This document shows, in pieces, positions 1-10,163 of a stretch of 64,000 nt of DNA. The notes beneath the pieces were generated by a model. It had not been told where the DNA came from. It was given only the letters and a program-made list of their open reading frames with translations, and did not search any database. This stretch comes from Escherichia phage ECO07P2. Position numbers and translations under genes: made by a program. The stretch is from sequence record OP172785. One strand, written 5' to 3'. The first letter of the stretch is position 1; every line of letters begins with the position of its first letter.

Positions 1-219
1 GAAGCTCGTGATCTTACTAGAAAGGACTACGTCGATGGAGCAATAAATACTGTTACGGCAAATGCGAACTCTAGAGTGTTACGATCTGGCGACACTATGA
101 CAGGTAACTTAACTGCGCCAAACTTTTTCTCACAGAATCCCGCATCTCAACCTTCACATGTTCCACGATTTGACCAAATCGTAATTAAGGATTCTGTTCA
201 AGATTTCGGCTATTATTAA
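1..219 (+). CDS. 36: long tail fiber protein gp36, C-terminal fragment (5' end outside window)
   Basis: Frame 1 open from window edge to TAA at 217-219; ends ...[29 protein letters not shown]; directly upstream of gene 37 as in T4-type phages. Confidence 0.7.
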   Translation, partial: EARDLTRKDYVDGAINTVTANANSRVLRSGDTMTGNLTAPNFFSQNPASQPSHVPRFDQIVIKDSVQDFGYY

Positions 220-227
220 GAGGACTT

Positions 228-3200
228 ATGGCTACTTTAAAACAAATACAATTTAAAAGAAGCAAAACCGCAGGTGCTCGTCCTGCTGCTTCAGTATTAG
301 CCGAAGGTGAATTGGCTATAAACTTAAAAGATAGAACAATTTTTACTAAAGACGATTTAGGAAATATCATTGATCTGGGTTTTGCTAAAGGCGGGCAAGT
401 TGATGGAAATGTGACTATCAATGGTCTTTTGAAATTAAACGGCGATTATGTACAAACTGGTGGAATGACCGTAAATGGACCTATTGGTTCTACTGAAGGC
501 ATAACTGCAAAAGTTTTCAGATCTACACAAGGTTCATTTTATACAAGAGCCTCAAATGATACTTCCAATGCCCATCTTTGGTTTGAAAATGCCGATGGCA
601 TTGAACGAGGCGTTATATATGCTCGTCCTCAAACTACAACTGACGGTGAAATACGTCTTAGAGTTAGACAAGGAACCGGAAGCACTATTAATAGCGAATT
701 CTATTTCCGTTCTATAAACGGCGGCGAATTTCAAGCCAACCGTATTTTAGCATCAGATTCGTTAGTAACTAAACGCATTGCGGTTGATACTGTTATTCAC
801 GATGCCAAAGCCTTTGGGCAATATGATTCTCAATCTTTGGTTAACTATGTTTATCCTGGAACCGGTGAAACAAACGGTATAAACTATCTTCGTAAAGTTC
901 GCGCTAAAGCTGCCGGAACCATGTGGCATGAAATCTGTACAGCTCAGACTGGCCAAGCAGATGAAATGTCTTGGTGGACGGGTAATACTCCATCATCTAA
1001 ACAATATGGTATTCGTAACGACGGCCGAATGGCTGGGCGTAATAGCCTTGCATTAGGTACATTCACTGCAGATTTCCCGTCTAGTGATTATGGTAACGTC
1101 GGTGTAATGGGCGATAAGTATCTTGTTCTCGGTGACACTGTAACTGGCTTGTCATACAAAAAAACTGGTGTATTTGATCTAGTTGGCGGTGGATATTCTG
1201 TTGCTTCTATTACTCCTGATAGTTTCCGTAGTACTCGCAAAGGTTTATTTGGACGTTCAGAAGACCAAGGCGCTACATGGAACATGCCTGGAAACAACGC
1301 CGCGCTTTTATCGGTTCAAACACAAGCTGATGGAAACACTGCTGGTGACGGTCAAACCCACATTGGATATAATTCTGGCGGTAAAATGAACCATTATTTC
1401 CGTGGTACAGGTCAGATGAATATCAATACCCAGCAAGGTACGGAAATTAACCCGGGTATTTTGAAATTAGTAACTGGCTCTAATAACGTACAATTTTATG
1501 CTGACGGCACTATTTCTTCTATCCAACCTGTTAAATTAGACAACGAATTATTTTTAAATAATTCTAATAATACTGCGGGCATTAAATTTGGCGCCCCTAG
1601 CAAAGTTGATGGCTCGAGAACTATCCAATGGAATGCCGGGACCCGTGCAGGACAAAATAAAAATTATCTGATTATGAAAGCTTGGGGTAATGCATTCGAC
1701 TCCACTGCCGGTAATCGCGAAACTGTATTTGAATTATACGATGGTCAGGGCTATCATTTTTATTCTCAACGTTTAGCTCCAACGGGTTCTGAAACTGTCG
1801 GTGCTCTTCAATTTAGAATTTCCGGCGCTTTACGTGTGGGTGGTGGTATTATATCAGCTGGTTCTATTGTTAGTGAATCAAGTTTAGTTGCAAATAATGG
1901 ATTGTCTATAAACGGCCAAGCTAAATTCGGTGGAACTGCAGATGCATTGAGAATTTGGAATGCTGAATATGGTGCTATTTTCCGTCGTTCAGAAACAGCA
2001 TTGCACATTATTCCTACTCTTAAAGACCAAGGAGAAAATGGTGAAATAGGTAATCTTCGTCCATTGAGCATCGCACTTCATAACGGTATGGTGCAAATGC
2101 GTCATTCCGTCACGTTAGGTGATGATGGTGCAGGCGGTAATATGGTTACTGTTGATAATGATAGTAAACTTGTTGTTGTTACTAGTAATAGTCGCATTTC
2201 TCCTAATTATAATATGCAATTAGGACAAAATGCTTATATAGATATTCAGGCTTCTGACGGCGTTCGTCCAGCAGGGTGTGGTTCATTTGCATCCCAGAAT
2301 GACGTAAACGTCAGAGCTCCAATTTATATGAATATAGAGCGTACTGCTACTTCTGAATACATTCCTATTATTAAACAACGGTATGTAAAGGGTGATAGCA
2401 CTTATTCTATTGGCACCTTAATTGCCCAAGGAGACTTCCGTGTCCATTATCACCAAGGTACTAGTACTACCGGAACCGATATAAGTTGGGAATTCCGTCG
2501 TACCGGTGACTTCCGCTTACCTGGTAAAATTATTGTAGGCAACACAACTTTAGGAACTGATGGTAATATCACCGGTGGCTCTGGTAACTTTGCTAACTTA
2601 AACAGTACGATTGAATCACTTAAAACTGATATTGTTTCAAGTTATCCTATTGGAGCTCCAATTCCATGGCCAACGGATACTCCTCCTGACGGTTACGCTA
2701 TTATGGAAGGTCAGACTTTTGATAAGTCTGCATATCCTAAGCTCGCTATCGCATATCCTACAGGTACTATTCCTGATATGCGTGGACAAACTATCAAGGG
2801 TAAACCAAGTGGTCGTGCTGTTTTGAGCGCAGAAGCAGATGGTGTTAAGGCTCATAGTCATAGTGCAAGTGCATCAAGCACAGATTTAGGTACTAAAACC
2901 ACATCAAGCTTTGACTATGGTACTAAGACGACAAGTAGTTTCGACTATGGTACTAAGACCAGTAATAATACTGGTGCTCATACGCATAGTTTGAGCGGTT
3001 CCACAAACACCGCCGGTGCGCACAGCCACACAAGCGCTCTTTATGCGGGCGATAGAGACTCTCCTGGTGGTAGTTCTGCAAGAGGATCCGCCGGTGGTGG
3101 TAATACGCTTGGAACTTCTTCTTCTGGGGCACATTCGCACTCTATATCTGGTACTGCTGCAAGCGCAGGCGCTCACGCACATACTGTTGGTATTGGTGCT

Positions 3201-3344
3201 CATACCCATACAGTTGGTATTGGTGCCCATACTCACTCTGTTGCGATTGGTTCGCATGATCATACTATCACTGTAAATAGTACAGGTAATACAGAAAACA
3301 CGGTTAAAAACATTGCTTTTAACTATATCGTTCGTTTAGCATAA
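228..3344 (+). CDS. 37: long tail fiber distal subunit gp37 (receptor-binding)
   Basis: 1038-aa ORF; N-terminus [13 protein letters not shown] and C-terminal His-x-His repeat region (GAHSHT, GAHTHT) as I recall for T4 gp37. Confidence 0.95.
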   Translation: MATLKQIQFKRSKTAGARPAASVLAEGELAINLKDRTIFTKDDLGNIIDLGFAKGGQVDGNVTINGLLKLNGDYVQTGGMTVNGPIGSTEGITAKVFRSTQGSFYTRASNDTSNAHLWFENADGIERGVIYARPQTTTDGEIRLRVRQGTGSTINSEFYFRSINGGEFQANRILASDSLVTKRIAVDTVIHDAKAFGQYDSQSLVNYVYPGTGETNGINYLRKVRAKAAGTMWHEICTAQTGQADEMSWWTGNTPSSKQYGIRNDGRMAGRNSLALGTFTADFPSSDYGNVGVMGDKYLVLGDTVTGLSYKKTGVFDLVGGGYSVASITPDSFRSTRKGLFGRSEDQGATWNMPGNNAALLSVQTQADGNTAGDGQTHIGYNSGGKMNHYFRGTGQMNINTQQGTEINPGILKLVTGSNNVQFYADGTISSIQPVKLDNELFLNNSNNTAGIKFGAPSKVDGSRTIQWNAGTRAGQNKNYLIMKAWGNAFDSTAGNRETVFELYDGQGYHFYSQRLAPTGSETVGALQFRISGALRVGGGIISAGSIVSESSLVANNGLSINGQAKFGGTADALRIWNAEYGAIFRRSETALHIIPTLKDQGENGEIGNLRPLSIALHNGMVQMRHSVTLGDDGAGGNMVTVDNDSKLVVVTSNSRISPNYNMQLGQNAYIDIQASDGVRPAGCGSFASQNDVNVRAPIYMNIERTATSEYIPIIKQRYVKGDSTYSIGTLIAQGDFRVHYHQGTSTTGTDISWEFRRTGDFRLPGKIIVGNTTLGTDGNITGGSGNFANLNSTIESLKTDIVSSYPIGAPIPWPTDTPPDGYAIMEGQTFDKSAYPKLAIAYPTGTIPDMRGQTIKGKPSGRAVLSAEADGVKAHSHSASASSTDLGTKTTSSFDYGTKTTSSFDYGTKTSNNTGAHTHSLSGSTNTAGAHSHTSALYAGDRDSPGGSSARGSAGGGNTLGTSSSGAHSHSISGTAASAGAHAHTVGIGAHTHTVGIGAHTHSVAIGSHDHTITVNSTGNTENTVKNIAFNYIVRLA
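2886..2950 (+). repeat. in-frame tandem repeat inside gene 37 encoding [10 protein letters not shown] twice
   Basis: Two ~30-bp units with synonymous differences (ggtactaaaaccacatcaagctttgactat / ggtactaagacgacaagtagtttcgactat). Confidence 0.7.
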
Positions 3345-3349
3345 GGAGA

Positions 3350-3363
3350 GGGGCTTCGGCCCC
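3350..3363 (+). terminator. GC hairpin GGGGC-UUCG-GCCCC between genes 37 and 38
   Basis: ggggcttcggcccc directly after gene 37 stop, followed by U-rich tract; overlaps gene 38 SD region. Confidence 0.4.
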
Positions 3364-3371
3364 TTCTAAAT

Positions 3372-3923
3372 ATGAAAATATATCATTATTATTTTGACAC
3401 TAAAGAATTTTACAAAGAAGAAAATTACAAACCGGTTAAAGGTCTTGGTCTTCCCGCTCATTCAACAATTAAAAAACCTTTAGAACCTAAAGAAGGATAC
3501 GCAGTTGTATTTGATGAACGTATTCAGGATTGGATTTATGAAGAAGACCATCGCGGTAAACGGGCTTGGACTTTTAATAAAGAAGAAATCTTAATAACTG
3601 ACATAGGAAGCCCGGTTGGTATAACTTTTGATGAACCCGGCGAATTTGATATATGGACTGATGATGGTTGGAAAGAAGACGAAACATATAAACGCGTTTT
3701 AATTCGTAATAGAAAAATTGAAGAATTATATAAAGAATTCCAAGTATTGAATAATATGATCGAAGCTTCAGTTGCAAATAAAAAGGAAAAATTCTATTAT
3801 CAAAACCTTAAACGGTTCTTTGCTCTTTTAGAAAAGCATGAGCATTTAGGTGGTGAATTTCCTAAATGGCCTGAAAAAGAACGGAAGCCTTGGTATAAGC
3901 GTTTATTCAGGAATTACGTATAA
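3372..3923 (+). CDS. 38: gp38 tail fiber assembly chaperone (T4 type, 183 aa)
   Basis: 183-aa ORF MKIYHYYFDTKEFYKEENYKP; same size and position as T4 gp38; SD aaggagagg upstream. Confidence 0.9.
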   Translation: MKIYHYYFDTKEFYKEENYKPVKGLGLPAHSTIKKPLEPKEGYAVVFDERIQDWIYEEDHRGKRAWTFNKEEILITDIGSPVGITFDEPGEFDIWTDDGWKEDETYKRVLIRNRKIEELYKEFQVLNNMIEASVANKKEKFYYQNLKRFFALLEKHEHLGGEFPKWPEKERKPWYKRLFRNYV

Positions 3924-3926
3924 ATA
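3919..3926 (+). promoter_or_regulatory. late promoter TATAAATA upstream of holin gene t
   Basis: Exact TATAAATA ~19 nt upstream of ATG 3945, followed by SD AAAGGAGG. Confidence 0.6.
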
Positions 3927-3944
3927 TCCTTAAAAGGAGGGTCT

Positions 3945-4601
3945 ATGGCAGCACCTAGAATATCATTTTCGCCCTCTGATATTCTGTTGGGTGTTCTAGA
4001 TCGCTTGTTCAAAGATAACGCTACCGGGAAGGTTCTTGCTTCCCGGGTAGCTGTCGTAATTCTTTTATTTATGATGGCGATTGTTTGGTATAGGGGAGAT
4101 AGTTTCTTTGAGTACTATAAGCAATCAAAGTATGAAACATACCGTGAAATTATTGAAAAGGAAAGAAATGCACGCTTTGAATCTGTCGCCCTGGAACAAC
4201 TCCAGATAGTTCATATATCATCTGAGGCAGACTTTAGTGCGGTGTATTCTTTCCGCCCTAAAAACTTAAACTATTTTGTTGATATTATAGCATATGAAGG
4301 AAAATTACCTTCAACAATAAGTGAAAAATCACTTGGAGGATATCCTGTTGATAAAACTATGGATGAATATACAGTTCATTTAAATGGACGTCATTATTAT
4401 TCCAACTCAAAATTTGCTTTTTTACCAACTAAAAAGCCTACTCCCGAAATAAATTACATGTACAGTTGTCCATATTTTAATTTGGATAACATCTATGCTG
4501 GAACAATAACCATGTACTGGTATAGAAATGATCATATAAGTAATGACCGCCTTGAATCAATATGTTCTCAGGCGGCCAGAATATTAGGAAGGGCTAAATA
4601 A
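3945..4601 (+). CDS. t: holin t (lysis inhibition-sensitive holin)
   Basis: 218-aa ORF MAAPRISFSPSDILLGVLDRLFKD with N-terminal TM segment; position after gene 38 as in T4. Confidence 0.9.
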   Translation: MAAPRISFSPSDILLGVLDRLFKDNATGKVLASRVAVVILLFMMAIVWYRGDSFFEYYKQSKYETYREIIEKERNARFESVALEQLQIVHISSEADFSAVYSFRPKNLNYFVDIIAYEGKLPSTISEKSLGGYPVDKTMDEYTVHLNGRHYYSNSKFAFLPTKKPTPEINYMYSCPYFNLDNIYAGTITMYWYRNDHISNDRLESICSQAARILGRAK

Positions 4602-4874
4602 TTATTTGTTCGTATACATCTCTAGATATCGATATACACTCTCAAAACCCTCGTTGAATTCGTCGATGAGGGTTTTCTTATCTTCTTGGGTTAATTCAGA
4701 AACAATTTTACGGAATGAATTCTGATTTAACTTTCTACCTTCATGCGTTACTCCAATCTCATTCAGAAATGCAATAAAATTAGCACGATTCTCAACAATA
4801 TCTTCTCTGGAAAATTTAATCAAAATAGACGCAACAGTAATAATTTCACGAACTGTATCAATGTTTTTATTCAT
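4602..4874 (-). CDS. asiA: anti-sigma70 factor AsiA
   Basis: 90-aa ORF MNKNIDTVREIITVASILIKFSREDIVENRANFIAFLNEIGV, recognised as T4 AsiA. Confidence 0.92.
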   Translation of the reverse strand: MNKNIDTVREIITVASILIKFSREDIVENRANFIAFLNEIGVTHEGRKLNQNSFRKIVSELTQEDKKTLIDEFNEGFESVYRYLEMYTNK

Positions 4875-4886
4875 TAACTATACCAC

Positions 4887-5039
4887 TCAATTAGTTGACT
4901 TTATTATAATATCATCAGACGTTTGATTTGTAAAATGGTCTGTGTTATTTTCTTCAAAAATTTTTTCTACGAATTCCTTGAACGACTCACGTTCCTGAGC
5001 TACATTATGCTCGATTACCTTTTCAAGATTATGACTCAT
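4887..5039 (-). CDS. small hypothetical protein (asiA.1 position, ~50 aa)
   Basis: ORF below track threshold; ATG overlaps arn stop (ATGA); MSHNLEKVIEHNVAQERESFKEF... Confidence 0.4.
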   Translation of the reverse strand: MSHNLEKVIEHNVAQERESFKEFVEKIFEENNTDHFTNQTSDDIIIKSTN

Positions 5040-5314
5040 TCGAAATAATCTTCAATTTCGTAATCATGGACGTAAATCATTATAGTTTTTAATACATCAT
5101 CAATACTTTTTCCTGGAGCTGGAATTACGTAAAAATATCCTGCTTTTGAGAGGTCTTTATAAGTTCCAACCAAGAAATCATTATTCTCGAGATGTAGTTC
5201 TTCAACTAATTCATCGACAATTGAGTGGTATAAATTTGGTAGAAACTTATATAGCTTTTCTAGAATATCAATTTTGATTGTGTATTGAACCACAGATTGA
5301 GAATCAATAATCAT
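5036..5314 (-). CDS. arn: Arn anti-restriction protein (McrBC inhibitor)
   Basis: 92-aa acidic ORF MIIDSQSVVQYTIKIDILEKLYKFLPN; size and position match T4 Arn. Confidence 0.8.
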   Translation of the reverse strand: MIIDSQSVVQYTIKIDILEKLYKFLPNLYHSIVDELVEELHLENNDFLVGTYKDLSKAGYFYVIPAPGKSIDDVLKTIMIYVHDYEIEDYFE

Positions 5315-5397
5315 AGACCTTCCCCTTATGTTTCTGTTTGCGATTAGATTCTTTAAACGCTTTCTTCTTATCTTTATGAACAGAAGCTTTATTAAAA

Positions 5398-5616
5398 TTA
5401 TGTTTTGCGACTAAATTGTTCATAGTGCTGAATCACCTCTCTTAAACATTCGCATGTGAATGAAAACTTTTTAGCTACACCACATTCAAATATATGTTCT
5501 CTTAAATCACGTGTGTCAGTATATCCCATCTCAACGATAAAATGCCGTATTAGGTTTTTATCTTTATCATTGAGAGAATTAAAATAATCGGATTTTGAAT
5601 TAATTTCCCTGGCCAA
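5398..5616 (-). CDS. hypothetical protein (arn-motA interval, 72 aa)
   Basis: Track ORF; co-oriented in compact early gene array. Confidence 0.5.
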   Translation of the reverse strand: MAREINSKSDYFNSLNDKDKNLIRHFIVEMGYTDTRDLREHIFECGVAKKFSFTCECLREVIQHYEQFSRKT

Positions 5617-5896
5617 ATTGAATCACCTTCAGTTGACGTTTTAGCTCTTTTATCATCTCTTCGTTCATCGCGATATAAAGATCGCGTAAAGCAGGTTTTA
5701 GCATTCCATTTATTGGGGAACTAAATGGACATACATAATCTTTTCCTACGAGCTTTTTAGTGAATTCCATATTACAGAACTGAAATGCCGGTTCATTGGC
5801 ATAAATTCCCCATTTGGTTGACATCATTTTATTGGCATATTCCAGCGCCTTGATTTGATTCATAATTCCATCAATTTGAAACTTTTTAATATTCAT
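5600..5896 (-). CDS. hypothetical protein (arn-motA interval, 98 aa)
   Basis: Track ORF; start overlaps next gene stop. Confidence 0.55.
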   Translation of the reverse strand: MNIKKFQIDGIMNQIKALEYANKMMSTKWGIYANEPAFQFCNMEFTKKLVGKDYVCPFSSPINGMLKPALRDLYIAMNEEMIKELKRQLKVIQFGQGN

Positions 5897-6357
5897 TAGT
5901 AAAGGTCCTCAGAGTAAAGTTCTTTTTCACTACCACCGCGTTCAATACGTACTTGTCCAGCGTAAGTTGCAATAATCATTGCTTCTTCACGTGTCCAATA
6001 ATTACTATATTGGTCAATAAACCCTTGGTCATCATCACAAACTTGTTGAGTAACTAATTGAGGTTTAACTACATCTAAAACTGCTGCCATATCTTTAGAA
6101 TAATGACGAGCACCCGGAATAACAAGAATTCGTCCATCTTTTAATTTAAAACGGTTGGCCGCGCAAACAATCCGTCGTTGGTACTTTTGATTTTCATCCC
6201 AATATGCGGTCTGCCAACAGATTTCAGGAACTTCTTTTAAAATATCTTCTTCTGTATATTCACCGCTGTAAGAAGCTAATTTAGCAGCCAGACTTTCTGG
6301 AGTCTCACGTGACAAAGCTTTATCTAACAGAGCTAAACGTTCTTTAAAAGTTTTCAT
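5896..6357 (-). CDS. hypothetical protein (153 aa)
   Basis: Track ORF with 4-nt overlaps to both neighbours typical of T4 early operons. Confidence 0.6.
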   Translation of the reverse strand: MKTFKERLALLDKALSRETPESLAAKLASYSGEYTEEDILKEVPEICWQTAYWDENQKYQRRIVCAANRFKLKDGRILVIPGARHYSKDMAAVLDVVKPQLVTQQVCDDDQGFIDQYSNYWTREEAMIIATYAGQVRIERGGSEKELYSEDLY

Positions 6358-6683
6358 TTAAACCATCCTTTAATACGTTGCCACAAAGTTTTCTGTTGAG
6401 CTTTGTTAACGCCAATTGAGCGAATAACTGGTTGAGATTCCTGAAATTCTTTATAATCAGCAAGGTAAATTTCGTAAGCTGCATCCGTAAAGGAACTTAT
6501 CGCTGCCATGAAATTATTGCGAATACCTACTGGAACATCTTTACTTTCACGAATAATCATGTATTTGCCAGTCTTAATCTTTACGATAGTTCCAAGATAA
6601 GCTCCATGGTACCAGATATCCCACCCCTCTTGAGTGGGTTCTGCACAACGACGAAGTTCATTGATAATTTCTAACTTGTTCAT
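6354..6683 (-). CDS. hypothetical protein (109 aa)
   Basis: Track [30 protein letters not shown]; immediately downstream of motA. Confidence 0.6.
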   Translation of the reverse strand: MNKLEIINELRRCAEPTQEGWDIWYHGAYLGTIVKIKTGKYMIIRESKDVPVGIRNNFMAAISSFTDAAYEIYLADYKEFQESQPVIRSIGVNKAQQKTLWQRIKGWFK

Positions 6684-6693
6684 TATTTATTCC

Positions 6694-7329
6694 TCACAGT
6701 TCAGATGCTACGGTGATTACTGCTTCAATGTTTTCTGCCGAGCGTTTAATGTCAAGATACACATTACCATTTTTAGCGATTTTGCATGACATACCGATGT
6801 CAGTAAATTTCTGAATATGATGTTCCATCATTTTGTATCCAAAAATTCGCATATTTCCATTGTTGTTAATTTCAAAATTACGAATTCCGTGAGTGCGTTT
6901 TTCTAAAATAGCGAGATAGTTACTACGATAAGTTTCAACTTTTTTAAGAACAAATCCATTTTCATCTAAAAGTTTTAACATGAAATCTTTATCTTCTTCC
7001 ATATCAGAAGTAATCTCGCGAGCTTTACGAGTTGCTCGTTTTTTCAGTAGTTCCGGAGCATTTTCCTGTGCGTATAAAGTTGCCGCGTTTGAAATAATAT
7101 CCTGAGCTTCACCAGTAATGATTAATCCATCACCAGATTTCTCCACCAGGCCTTTTTTAATCAATACCCCAATATTACTATTAACTACTGCATTACCTAA
7201 ATCTGGATGCACCTCACGAACTTCTGCAGCTGTAATGAAATCTTTCTTAGCAATGGTAATTAAAATCGCAGCAGTTTTTTCATTCAGAACATCGTTAGAA
7301 GCTTTGATGATGTAAGTTACTTTAGACAT
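6694..7329 (-). CDS. motA: MotA middle-transcription activator
   Basis: 211-aa ORF MSKVTYIIKASNDVLNEKTAAILITIAKKDFITAAEVREVHPDLG recognised as T4 MotA. Confidence 0.93.
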   Translation of the reverse strand: MSKVTYIIKASNDVLNEKTAAILITIAKKDFITAAEVREVHPDLGNAVVNSNIGVLIKKGLVEKSGDGLIITGEAQDIISNAATLYAQENAPELLKKRATRKAREITSDMEEDKDFMLKLLDENGFVLKKVETYRSNYLAILEKRTHGIRNFEINNNGNMRIFGYKMMEHHIQKFTDIGMSCKIAKNGNVYLDIKRSAENIEAVITVASEL

Positions 7330-7357
7330 TTTCTAATCTCCGTAATTCTGTATCAGC

Positions 7358-7391
7358 AGTTGATAGTTGTATAGTACCACAGTATGCTTTG
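7358..7391 (-). promoter_or_regulatory. early promoter (GTTTAC -35, TACTAT -10) upstream of motA
   Basis: Minus strand GTTTACAACCAAAGCATACTGTGGTACTATAC; upstream A/T tract; shares the conserved leader repeat. Confidence 0.55.
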
Positions 7392-7420
7392 GTTGTAAAC
7401 CGTTTTGTGAAAAAAATTTT

Positions 7421-7440
7421 AAAATAAAAAGGGAGAGCCA
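7421..7440 (-). terminator. intrinsic terminator-like hairpin
   Basis: gggagagccaaggctctccc perfect stem followed on minus strand by U-rich run; right after small gene stop. Confidence 0.5.
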
Positions 7441-7455
7441 AGGCTCTCCCTAAAA

Positions 7456-7605
7456 TTACTGCATGACTGTGATAACTGTCATGATAACACGTTGAATGCC
7501 GAACGCAAGAAGACCTCCTGCTACAGCTGGAACAACACCTAAACCCGCTAGTAAAATGCTACCAGATACTAATGCCGCGCTTGTAATACCTATGAATGGA
7601 CTCAT
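7456..7605 (-). CDS. small hydrophobic protein (motA.1 position, ~49 aa)
   Basis: ORF below track threshold; ATG overlaps gene 52 stop; MSPFIGITSAALVSGSILLAGLGVVPAVAGGLLAFGIQ. Confidence 0.5.
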   Translation of the reverse strand: MSPFIGITSAALVSGSILLAGLGVVPAVAGGLLAFGIQRVIMTVITVMQ

Positions 7606-8930
7606 TTGATTTCCTCTAAATCTTTAGTGTATTCTGTAACTACATCAGTAGTTTTCCAATATTCGTTTTCTTCTTTTTTAGCTTTAGCTTCTTCAGCAAG
7701 TTTCTTTGCTTCGTCGGAAGTCATATGAAAAATGTTCATTCCAACTAGTTTATCAACATAAGAAGAATACATATCAATTTTAGAAAGTTCTTCAGTCAGT
7801 TCTTTGCGAGTTTTACATTGTACAACAATTTCACCTGAAATCACTTTCTTAATGAAATGTGCCTTGGCAAAGGCTAAACGAAATGCTGATTCAGTTTCTT
7901 TGATTTTGTTATCAATTCGCTTTTGGACATAAGTTTTACGAACTTCAACGAAGTCTTTAATTAAATCAACTACGTTATCGTAAACTTGTAGTTTTCCTTT
8001 CTCATTAATAACGGTAATATTCTGGGAACGACGCTCAATCAACCCGAAGTCTTTCATGATTTTTGCATGGCGTTCTTCTTCGTTATCGCTCAAAGAGTAT
8101 TCTTTGCGGAATTTAATTTTAAAGCCAAAACCATGCTCACCACAAGCATCATCCCATGTAATGAAGCCTTTATCTTCAAGCGGGTCTAAGATTTTACTCA
8201 CATAAGTTTCACGATCATACTTATACGGAATCTCAGTGATATTCATTTGAATTCGTGAAGTAAACTTGTACGTTCCACGAATTTCATATTGACCGTCAAT
8301 TTCAACGACTTCACCACGAAATTCTGGGAATTCTACCTTCGGTTTAGTTACTTTCTTTCCTTGAAGAGCTTGTAGTACAGCTTTCTTGACAGAAGAAACA
8401 CTATGAGGAAGAATGTAAGTTGCATAACCAGTTGCAATACCGGAAACACCATTAAGAAGAACAGTAGGAATAATAGGCAAATAGAAAGCAGGCGGAATGT
8501 GTTCTTTATCTTGATGTACCGGAGCATATTCAGTATCTTTATATACGTTATAGAAATTTTTACTTACGCGAGCAAAAATATAACGACTTGCCGCTGCTTT
8601 TTGAACGGTACGAGAACCAAAGTTTCCTTGACCATCTAACAAAGGAAAGTTATTATTCCAAGTATTAGCCATCAAAGCCCCCGCGTCTTGCGCAGAGTTT
8701 TCGCCATGATGATATCCAAGGTCCGCTACACCGCCTGCAATAGAAGCGAGTTTGTGAAACTTATCTTTATTTCCTCGTGCCAAATCAAGAGCTCGAGCGA
8801 TAACAAATCGTTGAACTGGCTTAAATCCATCAATCATATTTGGGATAGCACGATTTTCAACGGTGTACATCGCATATGCTAAGGCTTCGTTATCAATAAT
8901 ACTTTTTAAATCGCGATTATTCAGTTGCAT
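7602..8930 (-). CDS. 52: DNA topoisomerase II medium subunit gp52
   Basis: 442-aa ORF MQLNNRDLKSIIDNEALAYAMYTVENRAIPNMIDGFKPVQRFV; GyrA-like breakage-reunion motifs. Confidence 0.95.
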   Translation of the reverse strand: MQLNNRDLKSIIDNEALAYAMYTVENRAIPNMIDGFKPVQRFVIARALDLARGNKDKFHKLASIAGGVADLGYHHGENSAQDAGALMANTWNNNFPLLDGQGNFGSRTVQKAAASRYIFARVSKNFYNVYKDTEYAPVHQDKEHIPPAFYLPIIPTVLLNGVSGIATGYATYILPHSVSSVKKAVLQALQGKKVTKPKVEFPEFRGEVVEIDGQYEIRGTYKFTSRIQMNITEIPYKYDRETYVSKILDPLEDKGFITWDDACGEHGFGFKIKFRKEYSLSDNEEERHAKIMKDFGLIERRSQNITVINEKGKLQVYDNVVDLIKDFVEVRKTYVQKRIDNKIKETESAFRLAFAKAHFIKKVISGEIVVQCKTRKELTEELSKIDMYSSYVDKLVGMNIFHMTSDEAKKLAEEAKAKKEENEYWKTTDVVTEYTKDLEEIK

Positions 8931-8934
8931 AAAT

Positions 8935-9075
8935 TTACCATACTAGTGAATGTAGTGCCATAATAACATCAGAAATGAAAAGCACGACTTGAATTAATCC
9001 GAACATTACTCCATAATATAGTGCTACCAATAAAGTAGCAAGGGCTACTGAGTAGCCCAAGATTTTCTTAATCAT
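8935..9075 (-). CDS. small membrane protein (52.1 position, ~46 aa)
   Basis: ORF below track threshold; MIKKILGYSVALATLLVALYYGVMFGLIQVVLFISDVIMALHSLVW. Confidence 0.45.
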   Translation of the reverse strand: MIKKILGYSVALATLLVALYYGVMFGLIQVVLFISDVIMALHSLVW

Positions 9076-9226
9076 TAGTAGATAACAACACAAATGTTAA
9101 ATATGCACACATACCCTGAGCTAAAGCTTGTGAAAACACGCTGCTGGCATCAATATAGATAGTTAAAACACATGCTACTATCCAACAAATAAATGAAATA
9201 ACTCCTAATAATTTTGCAATATTCAT
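9068..9226 (-). CDS. ac: Ac (acridine sensitivity) small membrane protein
   Basis: ~52-aa ORF MNIAKLLGVISFICWIVACVLTIYIDASSVFSQALAQGMCAYLTF; matches my recollection of T4 Ac and sits between stp and 52.1. Confidence 0.6.
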   Translation of the reverse strand: MNIAKLLGVISFICWIVACVLTIYIDASSVFSQALAQGMCAYLTFVLLSTND

Positions 9227-9233
9227 ATTTTCC

Positions 9234-9314
9234 TCACTGGCGTCCGAAGACGCCTTTAGTTTTAAGATTGTTACGATAGAACTGCATCACGTGTTCGTTA
9301 TGGAAATTACTCAT
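9234..9314 (-). CDS. stp: Stp peptide (suppressor of three-prime phosphatase; activator of PrrC anticodon nuclease)
   Basis: 26-aa [29 protein letters not shown], identical to T4 Stp as I recall it; ATG overlaps ndd stop. Confidence 0.8.
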
Positions 9315-9772
9315 TAATACGCCTGCAAAACAAATTTAAAGTTATCAGCCAACATACGATTCATTTCTTCAAGTGTTTGATACTCAGAATGATGATTACG
9401 GGTAAACGCCAAAGCTAACTGACCTTTTCCAAACCCCGTCGTCAGAGGTTTCATCTTAGAAGCAGGTAGATAAAATACCGTGTATGGAACATTGTTATTT
9501 GCAATAGTACGTGCAAGCTGAGACCGACGCTGACGAATATGACTTAGAACTGCACTGAATCCTTGCTTAGAACGCTGATTACCTACATAAAATCGTGCAG
9601 ACACACATGGATTACTAAATAGACGACCATCTAATTTACTTACTAAAAAGTAAAATCCAGGTTTAGATAAAATATCTTTATGTGGAACTCCCAAAAACCA
9701 TTCACCGTTCTTGATTGTACCAATAACGGTAGCGCCTGCATTGTTCAGATCAGTAACAGTCATATATTTCAT
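9314..9772 (-). CDS. ndd: Ndd nucleoid disruption protein
   Basis: [28 protein letters not shown]...; start trimmed from track 9820 to the ATG preceded by GAGGAAATTAAT SD. Confidence 0.85.
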
Positions 9773-9832
9773 ATTAATTTCCTCTAAATTATTTTCTACT
9801 CCAAGGCCGCATGAATACACACGGCCATTAAA

Positions 9833-10048
9833 TTAATCATCGCAGTCGACGCTTAATTCCCAGAACTCTTCTACAGTATAAGTTTCAGTATCATTTTCAA
9901 TACAGAAACGTTCATTGCTGTTATTTGCTAAAGTAGCGTTAACTGTCATTTTCTCGCTAGTGCTTTTAAGAGGCGAAATACGAATTAACTGATCACCATT
10001 ATCTAAGCAAAAAATTTCACCAACTTTTACATCTTTAAAGATTTTCAT
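9833..10048 (-). CDS. hypothetical protein (71 aa)
   Basis: Track ORF upstream of ndd. Confidence 0.5.
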   Translation of the reverse strand: MKIFKDVKVGEIFCLDNGDQLIRISPLKSTSEKMTVNATLANNSNERFCIENDTETYTVEEFWELSVDCDD

Positions 10049-10163
10049 AATTCACCTCAAGGAGTATAAAATCCAAATGCAGTTGTTGACCATCCCATCC
10101 AATATGGGAAATTTGCACCAATGTAAAACATAAGAATATAAAACCAAATGCTTAGTAAATTCA

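Noticed and set aside
185-421. 78-aa minus-strand ORF overlapping the gene 36/37 junction
   Set aside because: Antisense to well-supported tail fiber genes, no RBS, low-complexity translation; judged spurious.
2904-3276. ORFs 2904-3263 (-) and 3016-3276 (+) inside gene 37
   Set aside because: Lie in the GC-richer His-repeat region of gp37 in alternative frames; Cys/Arg-rich or Leu-rich artefactual translations.
9314-9820. 168-aa extended version of ndd
   Set aside because: The canonical start MKYMTV has an SD (GAGGAAATTAAT) and lies 16 codons inside the track ORF; the extension is not supported.
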